Below, one piece after another: positions 29,778 to 40,796 of a DNA stretch of 64,000 bases. Each line of letters starts with the position of its first letter. Positions within the stretch are counted from its first letter, which is position 1. Origin of the DNA: an uncultured cyanobacterium. Its GTDB lineage: Bacteria > Cyanobacteriota > Cyanobacteriia > Cyanobacteriales > CAWUOF01. Below the pieces are notes generated by a model, which was not told the origin of the DNA, did no database searches, and saw only the letters and a list, made by a program, of their open reading frames with translations. The position numbers and the translations under genes are program-made. Location of the stretch: positions 3,488,001 to 3,552,000 of the forward strand of contig CAVUSO010000001.1 in assembly GCA_963744145.1 (NCBI GenBank). Reading direction: 5' to 3'.

Positions 29778-30136
29778 TATTTTAACTGGGTTCCTGCAAA
29801 AACTAAATTAGTCGAGCAAAATCCCTAAGGATTGGACGGATTTAATCCTTACTCAGGCTAAGTACCCAGAAATTATGCGGATTGTTACATAACTTAATAT
29901 TCAGTGATTTTGCATAAAACTAGAAGTTTTTGCGAGAGTTATGTTTGAATACCCAAGAGCGAGTGTGAATAGAATGGTCGTTAAATTTAACTGATTAGCT
30001 GTCACGTTATTGTGAGCGGTATTTCATTAGGTGCATGGCAACTTCCCGTAGCACCAGATCGGACTGGGGATGAGTAGCTTACTTATGAATGGCTAATTCT
30101 CACTAACCAGGGGCATAATCATTAGGGATGCTTAAG

Positions 30137-30842
30137 ATGCAAGCAAATTCTCAACGGACATTCAGCTCAACAACTTCACTTCCAAAAGTTCCAGATCAGT
30201 CTTCTGAGTCTAACCACAAATATCTAGGTTATGCTTCTACTCACGGTGAGGGAGAGATGATCGATACAGTTTCATCTGACCAAGCAGAGTTAATCTATGG
30301 GGGTACATCTACTTTACCGACTGATACCCCTAGAGTTAAACCGACAGGTCCTCATTATTGGTCTTCGCATCGAGAAGTTAAAACCTTTGGTAGCAGAAGG
30401 AGCACTTGCTGGAGACCAGGTTTTTCAAGCCGAGCAAAATTTGCGCGATCGCGAGCGTTCTATTACTCAAACTGAGTTGCAGGAAAATACCAATACTAAA
30501 GAACAAGTTTTTCAAGCGGAACAAAGTGGGCGCGATCGACAACGTGCTATTACTCAAACTCAAGGAGATCTTCAGCAAGCTAGAGCAGAGGTCCAACCCT
30601 TACAAGCTGGACTAGTGCAAAAAGAAGCTGAAAAACAAAAAATTCAGCTAGAATCTCAGCAGCAAATTAAACAGATAGAAACAGAAATAACTCAACTGAA
30701 AGCTAAACTAGCTGAAACTAAAAACCTGAATGATGGTGCTAATGCCAAACTTAAACATAAATCTATCTCTGCACCAATTGACGGAATAGTATCATCTTTA
30801 AAGGTTCACCATATCGGTGAAGTTGTTCAACCAAGCGGCTAG
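30137..30842 (+). pseudogene. HlyD-family membrane fusion protein remnant
   Basis: Coiled coil plus ISAPIDGIV..L.V..IGEVVQP; N-terminus in another frame; truncated. Confidence 0.78.
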
Positions 30843-31162
30843 AGTTGGTGCAGCCGTAACACTAAAACTGGCTAAAGGAGTGCCGATCGCGAGCCAACAC
30901 AAAACTAAACTTTGTTTTAACTTCATAACAGCCTGTAGTTTTTTATTACCAATTATAGATTGGCGTTTTTGCCAATCTAAACCAATTAATTATAGATTGG
31001 TTGCCAATTTGGCAGATTTATTTTCAAGTCTATGGTTAAAAATAAGTAAGCGGGCTTTTGACTAGATTATTTTCTGACAATTGAACGCCTTTAGCTCTAA
31101 CTAATAAATTGATTTTATGGGAAACTTATTGCTTTATAATAATTTCAATAATGGCGTAAGTA

Positions 31163-31830
31163 ATGAAAATGATGGATATTGCAAAAACATCTGTTCAGCC
31201 CGATGAAATTCTGGAATTTCTGAAAAGAGACATCCAATTTAAAGACCTATGTCAGAAAATCTTATCTAAAAAAGTTATTGAACGAGCAGCAATTGAAAGA
31301 GGGATAACCGTAACTCCAGATGAAATCCAGGCTGAGGGCGATGGCGGCGTCATACCCATCGCTTGGAAAAGTCTTCAGATACCATCGCTTGGCTGACCGA
31401 TCAGATGATTTCGGTGGAAGAGTGGGCAGATGGGATTCGCGATCGCCTATTAGCCCATCACTTAGCTGAGTTTTTGTTCGGTCAAGATATTGAAAAAATA
31501 TTTGCTCAAAATAAGCTGGATTTTGAACAAGTATTACTCTATCAAATTGTCGTTCCCTATGAAAAACTCGCTCAAGAACTATTTTATGAAATCGAAGAAG
31601 AGGAAATCAGTTTTTATGAAGCAGCACACCTTTATGATCTTGACGAAAGACGTAGACATCAATGTGGCTATGAAGGTAAACTATATCGCTGGGCTTTAAA
31701 ACCAGAAATAGCAGCAGTGGCTTTTAATACAGCGATCGGACAAATAAATAATCCGAGAAGAGTTAATCAATCAGCGGTTTAAAGAATGGCTGAATAGTGA
31801 AGTAAATTATCTACTACACCAGCCGAATAA
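31163..31830 (+). pseudogene. PpiC-type peptidylprolyl isomerase of T1SS loci, frameshifted
   Basis: ORFs 31163-31396 and 31363-31782 encode consecutive parts (VTPDEIQAE; ELFYEIEEEEISFYEAAHLYD). Confidence 0.75.
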
Positions 31831-31979
31831 CTATAACAAAACTATCTAAAAATCTAAAATTACTGTCATTAACTGCGATTTTAAAATCCTTGTGATTTAT
31901 TGCCAAATAAACCAATAAAATCCGGAATTATTTTGGAACTACTTGACGCTAAGAGGGCAATACCAGTAAAATTCCTTTT

Positions 31980-32705
31980 ATGGCTAACCATAATCACTAT
32001 GATACCTTAAAAGTAAGCCCAACTGCAACTCAAGCAGAGATTAAACAAGCTTATCGACGCTTAGTCAAGTTGCTTCACCCTGATAGTAATCAGAAAACAG
32101 CAAGTCATGAGGAAATTGTCCGCTTGAATGGTGCTTATGAAATCCTGAGCGATCCCCAAAAGCGACAATCCTATGACCAGGGGCTACATTTGCACCGAGG
32201 GGTTTCCCCAAAAACCTCCTACGAATCCACTAGAAAAACCTCCAGACAAGAACACACCGTTAATGTCCATCAACAATATCGTCAACAAAGACAAAACAGC
32301 CACAATGCTGACCAACATCTGCAACAATGGTTGCAAATTGTCTATCGACCGGTCAATCAACTTCTTTATCGAATTCTCGATCCGATCGACCGAAAAGTAG
32401 AAGACCTTTCTGCTGATCCCTTTGATGACGAACTGATTGAAGACTTTCAAACTTACCTGAATCATTGTCGGGACTTTCTAAATCAAGCCCAGATTGCTTT
32501 TCATTCTCTCCCCAACCCCTCCTCAGTTGCAGGAGTCGCAGCTCATCTTTACTACTGTCTCAATCAAGTTGGAGATGGGATTGATGATTTAGAATTTTTT
32601 ACCCTTAATTACGATGAACACTACCTCCACACTGGTCAAGAATTATTTAGAATTGCGGCTAACTTACGTCGAGATGCTCAAGTAGCGATTCGAGAAATTT
32701 TTTAA
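31980..32705 (+). CDS. J-domain (DnaJ-class) protein
   Basis: HPD motif, AYEILSDP..R..YD. Confidence 0.9.
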   Translation: MANHNHYDTLKVSPTATQAEIKQAYRRLVKLLHPDSNQKTASHEEIVRLNGAYEILSDPQKRQSYDQGLHLHRGVSPKTSYESTRKTSRQEHTVNVHQQYRQQRQNSHNADQHLQQWLQIVYRPVNQLLYRILDPIDRKVEDLSADPFDDELIEDFQTYLNHCRDFLNQAQIAFHSLPNPSSVAGVAAHLYYCLNQVGDGIDDLEFFTLNYDEHYLHTGQELFRIAANLRRDAQVAIREIF

Positions 32706-32841
32706 TCGGTTATTTAAGATCACACTCAGACAGGACTAACACCAAAAAAAAAATTTAACAATTATTGTTCATGCTGTCGGAATAGAGAAATTAGTTTATG
32801 CTTGAATAAGATTAAATTCAACTAGCTTTACCGAGGTGTTT

Positions 32842-33150
32842 ATGAAACTGTATTACATTACCCTGAATACTGATGAAGAAGCTCGTCAAATTGGGATGAA
32901 ATTACTCACCCAAAAGTTAGCAGTTTGCGTCAACTGGTTTCCCATTACCTGTGCTTATCGTTGGGAAGAAAAAATTGTCGAGGAACCCGAAGTAGTTCTG
33001 ATTGTTAAAACCCAGTCTGGGTATCGGGAAGCGATCGAACAAATTATCAAACAATCTATCACCTACAACAATTTGATTGCGGAAATTTCCCCAGTCTCTG
33101 TGAATGAAGGTTTTCTCAACTGGTTAAATGCAGAAATCCCGACTCAATAA
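32842..33150 (+). CDS. cutA: Divalent cation tolerance protein CutA
   Basis: KLAVCVN, YRWEEKI..E.E...IVKT. Confidence 0.88.
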   Translation: MKLYYITLNTDEEARQIGMKLLTQKLAVCVNWFPITCAYRWEEKIVEEPEVVLIVKTQSGYREAIEQIIKQSITYNNLIAEISPVSVNEGFLNWLNAEIPTQ

Positions 33151-33151
33151 A

Positions 33152-34315
33152 TTAAAAAAATTCTCTTTGCAATTCCCGTGCTTTAGCTTCAGCTGGATAA
33201 ATAACTTTTTCTTTGAGGGAAGTAGCTATTTCCTGGAAGTCTTCATAAATATAGGTTTCTAATACAGAAGAATATTTGCGGAACTGATCAAACAGAAGAG
33301 AATTTTTTAATGATACTTGCAAAATTGGTTGGATTGGCACCCAGGGTAATTTAGGAACTATATGTTGCAACTCCCACAAAATGTTTTTCGCATTCGTAAT
33401 ATCTGCGATCGTAAACCGAGCAATATTAGCTAAAGTAAAAAGTGTTTCAGAAACATCTCGACTAGCTAATTTCTTCAAGTCAAATACGACTGGTAAATAA
33501 TCTAGTTCACGCAATTCAGTTCGCAATTTTTCTAATAAAAACTGACGTTCTAATAGAGTAAAACGTCCCAGAATTAACACGATTTTAGAATTGATACTCT
33601 CAATCACTTCACGGAGCTTATGATGATCAAGCACCAGATGAATAAACTGAGCAACTTCTAAACTATCCACCGCGATCGCCGGTTGATTTGGAAGAGTAAT
33701 CAACAAATTTAACTGCTGGGCACCTTCTAGATTTAATCCCCAAGCTGAGATCCCATAGATCGAACAACCAGTTAAATTAGCATTTTCAAAATTTGTTTTT
33801 AATAGTCTAGCACCAATTAAATTGGCTCCACCAAGATCAGCATAACGTAATTCTGCACCTTGCAAATCGACTTGATTGAGATTAGCTTTTTGGAGATTAG
33901 CTTCACTCAAATTCGCACCAATTAAAGAGGCACCTCGTAAATCAGCTTCCCTCAGATTCGCACCAATTAAGTACGCTCCCCGTAAATCAGTTTTACCTAA
34001 ATAAGCACCCCGGAGATCCGCACCACTCAAATTGACCCGATTTAAGTTAGCTTCAAATACATAAGCTTCGCTCAGGTTAGCTTCACTCAAATCCGCTTCA
34101 AATAGATCAGCTTCACTCAAGTATGCTCCACTTAAATTTGCACCAGTCAAATTAGCTCGACGAAGATCGGCTCCCATCAAGTTTATCCCATTCAGATCAC
34201 AACCCTGTAGGTCTGCCCCAATTAATATTGGCCATATTTCTGGATTTTCTTCGCGCCAATGATTCCAGACATCAATTCCATCTTTGAGAAGAGCTAGGTG
34301 TTGATCTTTTGTCAT
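33152..34315 (-). CDS. Pentapeptide repeat protein with C-terminal LILGRF domain
   Basis: WNxWR lead, long A(D/N)Lxx array, IADIT. Confidence 0.9.
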   Translation of the reverse strand: MTKDQHLALLKDGIDVWNHWREENPEIWPILIGADLQGCDLNGINLMGADLRRANLTGANLSGAYLSEADLFEADLSEANLSEAYVFEANLNRVNLSGADLRGAYLGKTDLRGAYLIGANLREADLRGASLIGANLSEANLQKANLNQVDLQGAELRYADLGGANLIGARLLKTNFENANLTGCSIYGISAWGLNLEGAQQLNLLITLPNQPAIAVDSLEVAQFIHLVLDHHKLREVIESINSKIVLILGRFTLLERQFLLEKLRTELRELDYLPVVFDLKKLASRDVSETLFTLANIARFTIADITNAKNILWELQHIVPKLPWVPIQPILQVSLKNSLLFDQFRKYSSVLETYIYEDFQEIATSLKEKVIYPAEAKARELQREFF

Positions 34316-34430
34316 GCTGAAATTATACCGATAAACTACCAAAGACCCATATTAATCTAGCGTAAACTCTGATCTCACCTCAGCCCCAAGATCATTAAAC
34401 ATGATGTTGAGAGGTCAATCTAGTTTTATT

Positions 34431-34504
34431 AATAAATACTTATTGCAATAAATTTCTATTTAATCTAAGGTAGTGTCGGGAGCTTAATGAGTAAAACTCT
34501 CAAT
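34431..34504 (+). promoter_or_regulatory. Two putative Fur-type boxes
   Basis: AATAAATACTTATTGCAAT (34431-34449) and AATGAGTAAAACTCTCAAT (34486-34504), imperfect 19-bp palindromes upstream of a Dyp operon. Confidence 0.5.
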
Positions 34505-34545
34505 AAGCTTGACCCAAAATCCTAAATTTTTCAAGGATTAAGACC

Positions 34546-35736
34546 ATGAAAAAACATACCTGGCTGGCCATATTGATGGCATTTTCGGTAAACACAGCTT
34601 ATGCTCAGGAGACAAACAGCTTTCTAGGACAGTTCAAGCCAAGTGATAAGCCCACGACGTTGACTTCTACAGTCCCTGACCATGGCGATGACCAGAATCC
34701 ATACGCCGTTGTCGTCCCGACCGTAACGATCGGAAAGATCCAGAAAGATCATGTATTGGTTGATAATTTCAATAACGGTAAGAATCTCCAAGGTACGGGC
34801 ACAACAATTATTGACTACGATCCTGTCACCAAGCAAAAGTCACTGTTCGCCCAGGTACAGGTGCCTAAGAACTCTGATAAATTAAAATGCCCTGGAGGTG
34901 TGGGACTCTCCACAGCTATGGCAGTCCTGAAAAATGGTTGGGTAATTGTCGGCTCAACACCAAGCACAGATGGGACTACAGCCACCAAGGATGTGGGTTG
35001 CCTGATGATCTTAAATGCTAATGGTGAAGTAAAAGGAACAATTTCTGACCAATATATCAATGATCCATGGGGAAATATGGCTGTGCTCGATAACGGCAGC
35101 ACTGCTACGCTTTTCATCAGTAATACAGGATTCGGCGTCGGTGCGCCAGCAGTAGATGCTTCAAAAAACACTATCGTCAAGCAAGCTACTGTACTGCGGC
35201 TCGAACTTTCGATCCCGGAAGACCAAAGCCAACTTCCCACAGTAAAAAGCGAAACTGTCATCGCTGAGGGTCTTCCTGAACGTGCGGACAAAGACGCCTT
35301 TATCATTGGGCCAACTGGTTTAGCCCTGGGCAAAGACCAATCCACACTCTATGTTTCTGATGCACTAAATAACCGGATTATTGCGATCGAGAATGCGACC
35401 ACACGCATGGATAGTGCTAAAGAAGCTGATTTCAAGGTAATTGTTAAGAGTGATGGTGATCCTAATGGTGATTCCCTGAGTCAGCCACTTGCCATGATTA
35501 CAGTGCCTAACGGCAATCTATTGGTGACTAATGGTAAGAACGGTAAGGCAGTAGAAATAGATCCAGTGAGTGGTAAATGGGTTGCTTCCTACTGTCTTGA
35601 TTGCAACAAAGCGCAAGATCCACCTGGTAATGGAGATTTGTTCGGCATTGCCTTGACTCCCTCTGGCGATGGATTGTACTATGTCGAAGACGAATCGAAC
35701 AATTTGGTTTTGGCACATCACAAAAACAATGACTAA
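34546..35736 (+). CDS. Secreted beta-propeller-like protein
   Basis: Sec signal ending AYA; NHL-like blades (GPTGLAL...LYVSD, FGIALTP...LYYV). Confidence 0.75.
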   Translation: MKKHTWLAILMAFSVNTAYAQETNSFLGQFKPSDKPTTLTSTVPDHGDDQNPYAVVVPTVTIGKIQKDHVLVDNFNNGKNLQGTGTTIIDYDPVTKQKSLFAQVQVPKNSDKLKCPGGVGLSTAMAVLKNGWVIVGSTPSTDGTTATKDVGCLMILNANGEVKGTISDQYINDPWGNMAVLDNGSTATLFISNTGFGVGAPAVDASKNTIVKQATVLRLELSIPEDQSQLPTVKSETVIAEGLPERADKDAFIIGPTGLALGKDQSTLYVSDALNNRIIAIENATTRMDSAKEADFKVIVKSDGDPNGDSLSQPLAMITVPNGNLLVTNGKNGKAVEIDPVSGKWVASYCLDCNKAQDPPGNGDLFGIALTPSGDGLYYVEDESNNLVLAHHKNND

Positions 35737-36985
35737 GAAATACCCGATACCTAGGCTAAGTCGTCGTGATTTTCTCAAAGCCACTGGTGGGTTAGGACTA
35801 TTAGCTGTTGGGGCTGGATTGATAGCTTCAGGTCCTAACATCTTGGGTAAAGTCATGGCTGCTGAAGATAAAAACGTGATCTTGCCATTTTGGAGTGAGC
35901 ATCAATTAGGAATTGTTACACCTCAGCAAGCACATACCTATTTTGCGGCTTTTGACTTGGTAACAGATCAGCGTGACGAGCTGATTACAATGCTCAAAGT
36001 CTGGACAGAAGCTGCGGCGAAGATGACCAGCGGTCATCCCACGACGAAAGATGGTGGTGAAGCTTTAGGGCTTTCTCCAGCAAGACTAACTCTTACTTTT
36101 GGTTTTGGTAGCGGTCTGTTTGTGAAAGAAGGTAAAGATCGCTACGGATTGGCTGCATTGCGTCCCGAAGCCCTGGTGGATCTGCCGAAATTTAACGGTG
36201 ACCAATTAGTGCCAGAGAAGACTGGTGGTGATATTTCTGTTCAAGCTTGTGCTGATGATCCCCAGGTCGCTTTTCATGCGATCCGTCAATTGACGCGATT
36301 AGCTGGAAAAGCAGTCAAACTGCGCTGGGCACAAACTGGTTTTGTATCTGGTGATGGTCAGGAAACCCCGCGTAACCTCCAAGGTTTTAAGGATGGTACA
36401 CAGAATCCGACGAAACAGCAGGATATGGAGAAATTTGTCTGGGTGGGCAAGGAAGGTCCAGCCTGGATGAGGGGTGGCAGCTATATGGTCGTGCGTCGGA
36501 TTAGGATCGCTTTAGAACATTGGGATAATACAGATGTTGATTTTCAGGAGCAGGTCATCGGTCGATATAAAATGTCTGGTGCGCCCTTAGGTAGGAAGAA
36601 TGAATTTGATGCCCTCGATCTTGATGCTAAGGACAAAGATGGTAATCTGATTATTCCTGAAAATGCCCATGTGCGTCTCGCTGCTGCGGCTCAGAATGAT
36701 GATACCCAGATTTTGCGACGTGGCTATTCCTATAATGATGGCGTGAATTTTACCGCCGAGCGTTGGCCGCCATGGCGACAAGGAATGGAATATGATGCTG
36801 GACTCCTATTTATTGCCTATCAGCAAGATCCTCGCACTGGCTTTATCAAGATCTTTGACAAAATGGCCAAGCTTGATACCCTCAATCAATTTGTAACTCA
36901 CACAGGTAGTGGTTTGTTTGCCATCCCACCTGGTGTACGACAAGGTGAATTTATTGGTCAAAGTTTATTTGCGGGTCGGTCTTGA
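35729..36985 (+). CDS. Tat-exported Dyp-type peroxidase (EfeB-like)
   Basis: SRRDFLK Tat motif, GFKDGT, AHVR, ILRRGYSY. Confidence 0.92.
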   Translation: MTKKYPIPRLSRRDFLKATGGLGLLAVGAGLIASGPNILGKVMAAEDKNVILPFWSEHQLGIVTPQQAHTYFAAFDLVTDQRDELITMLKVWTEAAAKMTSGHPTTKDGGEALGLSPARLTLTFGFGSGLFVKEGKDRYGLAALRPEALVDLPKFNGDQLVPEKTGGDISVQACADDPQVAFHAIRQLTRLAGKAVKLRWAQTGFVSGDGQETPRNLQGFKDGTQNPTKQQDMEKFVWVGKEGPAWMRGGSYMVVRRIRIALEHWDNTDVDFQEQVIGRYKMSGAPLGRKNEFDALDLDAKDKDGNLIIPENAHVRLAAAAQNDDTQILRRGYSYNDGVNFTAERWPPWRQGMEYDAGLLFIAYQQDPRTGFIKIFDKMAKLDTLNQFVTHTGSGLFAIPPGVRQGEFIGQSLFAGRS

Positions 36986-37031
36986 TGATGTCAAAAATAA
37001 AGGCTCTTTGGATTAATTATTAGCACTAGCA

Positions 37032-37061
37032 GGCGATCGCCATTATTGCTCGGCGATCGCC
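37032..37061. terminator. Possible bidirectional hairpin made of two HIP1 sites between convergent genes
   Basis: GGCGATCGCC-N10-GGCGATCGCC. Confidence 0.35.
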
Positions 37062-37090
37062 CTAAGAAATCATTACCACCAAGATTCTTT

Positions 37091-38932
37091 TCACCATTGA
37101 GGAGCAGTAGCAATCAAAGCTCCTGCGGCTTCGCTATCTAAAGGTTTAGAGAAAAAATATCCTTGACCATACTCGCATTCTAACGCCCAAAGCTGAACCA
37201 ATTGCTCTTGAGTTTCTACCCCTTCTGCTACTACATACATACCCAGATTATTAGCTAACATCACAATCGATCGCACGAGTTCAGAATTTTCATCCTCACC
37301 CCCCATCCGACTGACAAAAGAACGATCGATTTTTAAGGTATTAATGGGAAATCGATGCAAATAGCTCAGGGAAGAATAGCCAGTCCCAAAATCATCTAGG
37401 CATAATTGAATATGTCTCGATCTAATTTCTTCGAGGACACCCGCCGCTACATCAGGGTTATCCACGAGTACACTTTCGGTAATTTCCAGTTTTAGAGTGC
37501 TTGGTTCTAATCCAGTTTCTGCTAAAATTTGGTCAATTTGGTTAATTAAATCCGGAGTGCTAAGTTGTTTACCAGAAAGATTGACACTCATGGTTAATTC
37601 TTGCACCGCTGGAAATTGGTCTTGCCATTGACGCATCTGTAGACAAGCTTGTTTTAAAACCCAACGCCCTAGGGGTAGGATTAATCCAGTTTCTTCTGCT
37701 ACGGGAATGAATTCTCCTGGTGAAATGAAACCACGTTCAGCATGGGGCCAGCGCACTAGGGCCTCGAATCCAGCTAATCTTCCTGTATCGAGATAAACAA
37801 TCGGCTGGTAGTAAACTTTTAAGCTTTCCCGCTCGAGCGCCCGCCGCAAATCTGTTTCTAATTGTAGCCTAGTTATGGTGTGGATGTGCATTTCTGGGTT
37901 GAAGACTTCATGTCGAGATCGACCCTGAGATTTAGCCCGATACATGGCAATGTCCGCATCCCGCAGCAGATTTTCTGGTTGATCGTAGATTTTAGCCTGG
38001 GCGTTTTCCTGTGCACCACCGATCGCAATCCCAATACTCGAACTGGTGAAAACTTCATGTTGATCGAGATTGAATGAGGAAGTTAAACTCAAGTGGATTT
38101 GTTCAGCTACCTGAGTGGCTTCATCGGTCGATTTAATATCTTCTAATAAAATCGCAAATTCATCTCCAGCCAAGCGAGCTACCGTATCAATTGGTCGAAT
38201 ACAACGCTGGAGACGAGTCGCGATCGCCATCAGTAGTTGATCACCGACGAGATGACCCAAACTATCATTGACCAGTTTAAAGCGATCTAAGTCTAAAAAT
38301 AGTACAGCAAATAAATATTTTTCGTTTTTTGCGCGTCGAAACGCACAGCGGAGTCGATCCATGAATAAAGCTCGATTGGGTAGTTCGGTCAGGGGATCAT
38401 AGAACGCATTCCGCACCAATTGTTCATCGATTTCTTTGTATTCAGTGATATCAAAAATGAATCCAACATAGCTATTGCTTGTACCATTATCTTCCCTCGT
38501 CGGTTCTGCTTGAGCTACGACCCAGATACTTGTCCCATCTGGACGCTGCAATCGATATTCTGATTTATAGGGTAATTTAGCTTGGATACAGTGTTGCCAT
38601 TGGGCGATTACTTTTTGCCGATCCTCTGGATGTAATGCTTGCTCCCACCCATTTTTCAAAGCGGTCATTTGGCTGAGTCCTGTCTGTTCGCACCATCGCT
38701 GATTGACATAGATCAATTCCCCTTGGGCATTAGCATGAAATATCCCTACAGGTAAGGTTTTCCCAATCGCGATCGCCTCATGGTTGCTTTCGAGCACTTG
38801 ATTTAGATCCAGTAGCTGGTGATTTTCCTGCTTTAAGTTTTTGATTTCCTTCTGCAATTCCTGGTTGGCTTTGATGAGCTTTTCGATCCGCTTTTCTAAC
38901 TCATCAGTAGCTCTGCGTAGCGCCTGCTCCAT
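37091..38932 (-). CDS. PAS-GGDEF-EAL c-di-GMP signalling protein
   Basis: PAS/PAC (HPED, DITE), AGDEF variant, FEALVR, DDFGTGYSSL. Confidence 0.93.
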   Translation of the reverse strand: MEQALRRATDELEKRIEKLIKANQELQKEIKNLKQENHQLLDLNQVLESNHEAIAIGKTLPVGIFHANAQGELIYVNQRWCEQTGLSQMTALKNGWEQALHPEDRQKVIAQWQHCIQAKLPYKSEYRLQRPDGTSIWVVAQAEPTREDNGTSNSYVGFIFDITEYKEIDEQLVRNAFYDPLTELPNRALFMDRLRCAFRRAKNEKYLFAVLFLDLDRFKLVNDSLGHLVGDQLLMAIATRLQRCIRPIDTVARLAGDEFAILLEDIKSTDEATQVAEQIHLSLTSSFNLDQHEVFTSSSIGIAIGGAQENAQAKIYDQPENLLRDADIAMYRAKSQGRSRHEVFNPEMHIHTITRLQLETDLRRALERESLKVYYQPIVYLDTGRLAGFEALVRWPHAERGFISPGEFIPVAEETGLILPLGRWVLKQACLQMRQWQDQFPAVQELTMSVNLSGKQLSTPDLINQIDQILAETGLEPSTLKLEITESVLVDNPDVAAGVLEEIRSRHIQLCLDDFGTGYSSLSYLHRFPINTLKIDRSFVSRMGGEDENSELVRSIVMLANNLGMYVVAEGVETQEQLVQLWALECEYGQGYFFSKPLDSEAAGALIATAPQW

Positions 38933-39509
38933 TTACTTGCACTCCGTGATATTGCGCAAAGCCTATCGCCCAATCCCTTAGCTAGTCAGCTTACTTTGGT
39001 ACGACTAATTTTTGCTCAGGAAAGGTTTTTTACGAACAAATTAGGCTTTCAATTCCAGCCTCCTTTGCTGATCATCTTGATTTTTCTTAACATTAGCTTG
39101 GCGAATCTAGATCGTGAATAACTGTTAAGTGATCATCGAACAAGTTTTCTGGCATTGTTCTAATTCTAAACTCTTATTTCAATACTTTTTTATTTTATAT
39201 CCAAAAATTAATTATGGATCTTGCCCTCCGAGGTTATTTGTCCCAGTCAATTTGTCTTTTTTTCAGTTTAGCTAAGTTCCTGTTTTTAATTCTTCCTTGT
39301 CAATCTAATTTTAACATCTTGAATAAATTTTGTCAATCAAATTTTTACCAAATTTTAAGATATTTCTGCTCTACCAAAGGACTAGAGATATTTTTGTTGG
39401 TAAGAAAAAAAAGCTCCCAATTGAGAGCCAAGAAATTTAGTGCGATCGAGAGCAGAATTGTCCGGACTACTAAATTTGCTTGACTACATTTAGATCATCT
39501 TTGATGATC

Positions 39510-40796
39510 TTAAGCGTTGATGTAATAATCTCTAGTACCTTTCATACTCAGAGCTTCTCCCAGACGATTAAGCGCATGAACATAAGCAGCGGTACGCATG
39601 GAAATTGCTAATTCTTGAGACAAACGCCAAATTTGCTCAGTTTCTTCAATCATTTTTTGTTTTAAACGCTGATTAACTTCATTTAAAGTCCAATAGAGAC
39701 CATTGCGATTTTGGACCCATTCAAAATAGCTAACTGTAACACCACCAGCATTGACTAAAATATCGGGATAAACATAAATACCTTTTTCTTCCAAGCAGAG
39801 ATCAGCTTCAGAAGTAATGGGACCATTAGCTAGTTCAAAAATAAACTTAGCTTTGATATTTGCCACATTGCCAGCATGAATTTGGTTTTCTAGAGCCGCA
39901 GGTACTAATATATCTACATCTAGAGTTAAGAGTTGATCATTACTGATGACTTCATGTTCGACTATATTGCAAACGGTATCTTTGCAATAAAAGGCTTGTA
40001 GACCTTTATTCGCTTCTTTAAAGTAACGGATTGAAGGAATATCTAGACCACTTTTGGCATAAATTCCTCCTTTCGAGTCACTCACAGCTACCACTTTATA
40101 CCCTGCGTGGAAGAGTAAAGAAGCAATTTCAGCACCAGCATTACCAAAACCTTGAACAGCAACCGTTGTCTGTTCAGGAATTTGCCCAAATTTGGACATG
40201 ATAGTTTCAATGGTAAAAAAAGCACCAGTAGCAGTAGCTGTATCACGTCCTTGACTACCACCTAAAGCTAGGGGTTTACCAGTGACAACCCCAAGACTAA
40301 GTTTACGTTGAATGATACTATATTGATCCATCATCCAACCCATAATCATCGGATTGGTATAAACATCTGGGGCTAAAATATCTACATCCGGACCAATAAA
40401 ATCAGCGATCGCATCAACATAACCACGACTAAGACGTTCCAACTCGAGTTTAGACAGCTCTTTGGGATTAACCGTCACACCACCTTTAGCACCACCAAAA
40501 GGTAAATTTAAAACTGCACATTTAAAGGTCATCCAAAATGCTAAAGATTGGACTTCATCTAGGGACACATCAGGATGATAACGGACTCCACCCTTACCTG
40601 GACCTCTAGTATCATCGTAGCGAACCCGGTATCCTGGAAAAACTCTTAAGGAACCATTGTCCATCCGGACTGGAATGGAAACACTTAAACTTGCTTTGGG
40701 AAATTTTAAGTGTTCAATGGCATCATCAGATATTTGCACATATTTTAAGGCTTTTTCCAATCTTTTACTGGCATCAACAAATAAGGAATGTAACAT
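39510..40796 (-). CDS. gdhA: Glu/Leu/Phe/Val dehydrogenase (glutamate dehydrogenase)
   Basis: GPGKGGVRY, GGAKGG, QGFGNAG, NAGGVTVSYFEW. Confidence 0.9.
   Translation of the reverse strand: MLHSLFVDASKRLEKALKYVQISDDAIEHLKFPKASLSVSIPVRMDNGSLRVFPGYRVRYDDTRGPGKGGVRYHPDVSLDEVQSLAFWMTFKCAVLNLPFGGAKGGVTVNPKELSKLELERLSRGYVDAIADFIGPDVDILAPDVYTNPMIMGWMMDQYSIIQRKLSLGVVTGKPLALGGSQGRDTATATGAFFTIETIMSKFGQIPEQTTVAVQGFGNAGAEIASLLFHAGYKVVAVSDSKGGIYAKSGLDIPSIRYFKEANKGLQAFYCKDTVCNIVEHEVISNDQLLTLDVDILVPAALENQIHAGNVANIKAKFIFELANGPITSEADLCLEEKGIYVYPDILVNAGGVTVSYFEWVQNRNGLYWTLNEVNQRLKQKMIEETEQIWRLSQELAISMRTAAYVHALNRLGEALSMKGTRDYYINA

Noticed and set aside
33760..34230. 15-bp periodicity
   Set aside because: Explained by pentapeptide repeat coding
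34815..35856. Long antisense ORFs (176 aa, 112 aa)
   Set aside because: Shadows of the GC-richer sense genes; no independent motifs
39214..39483. 89-aa ORF between the GGDEF-EAL gene and gdhA
   Set aside because: Low-complexity AT-rich translation with no motifs; likely non-coding or antisense to a small remnant
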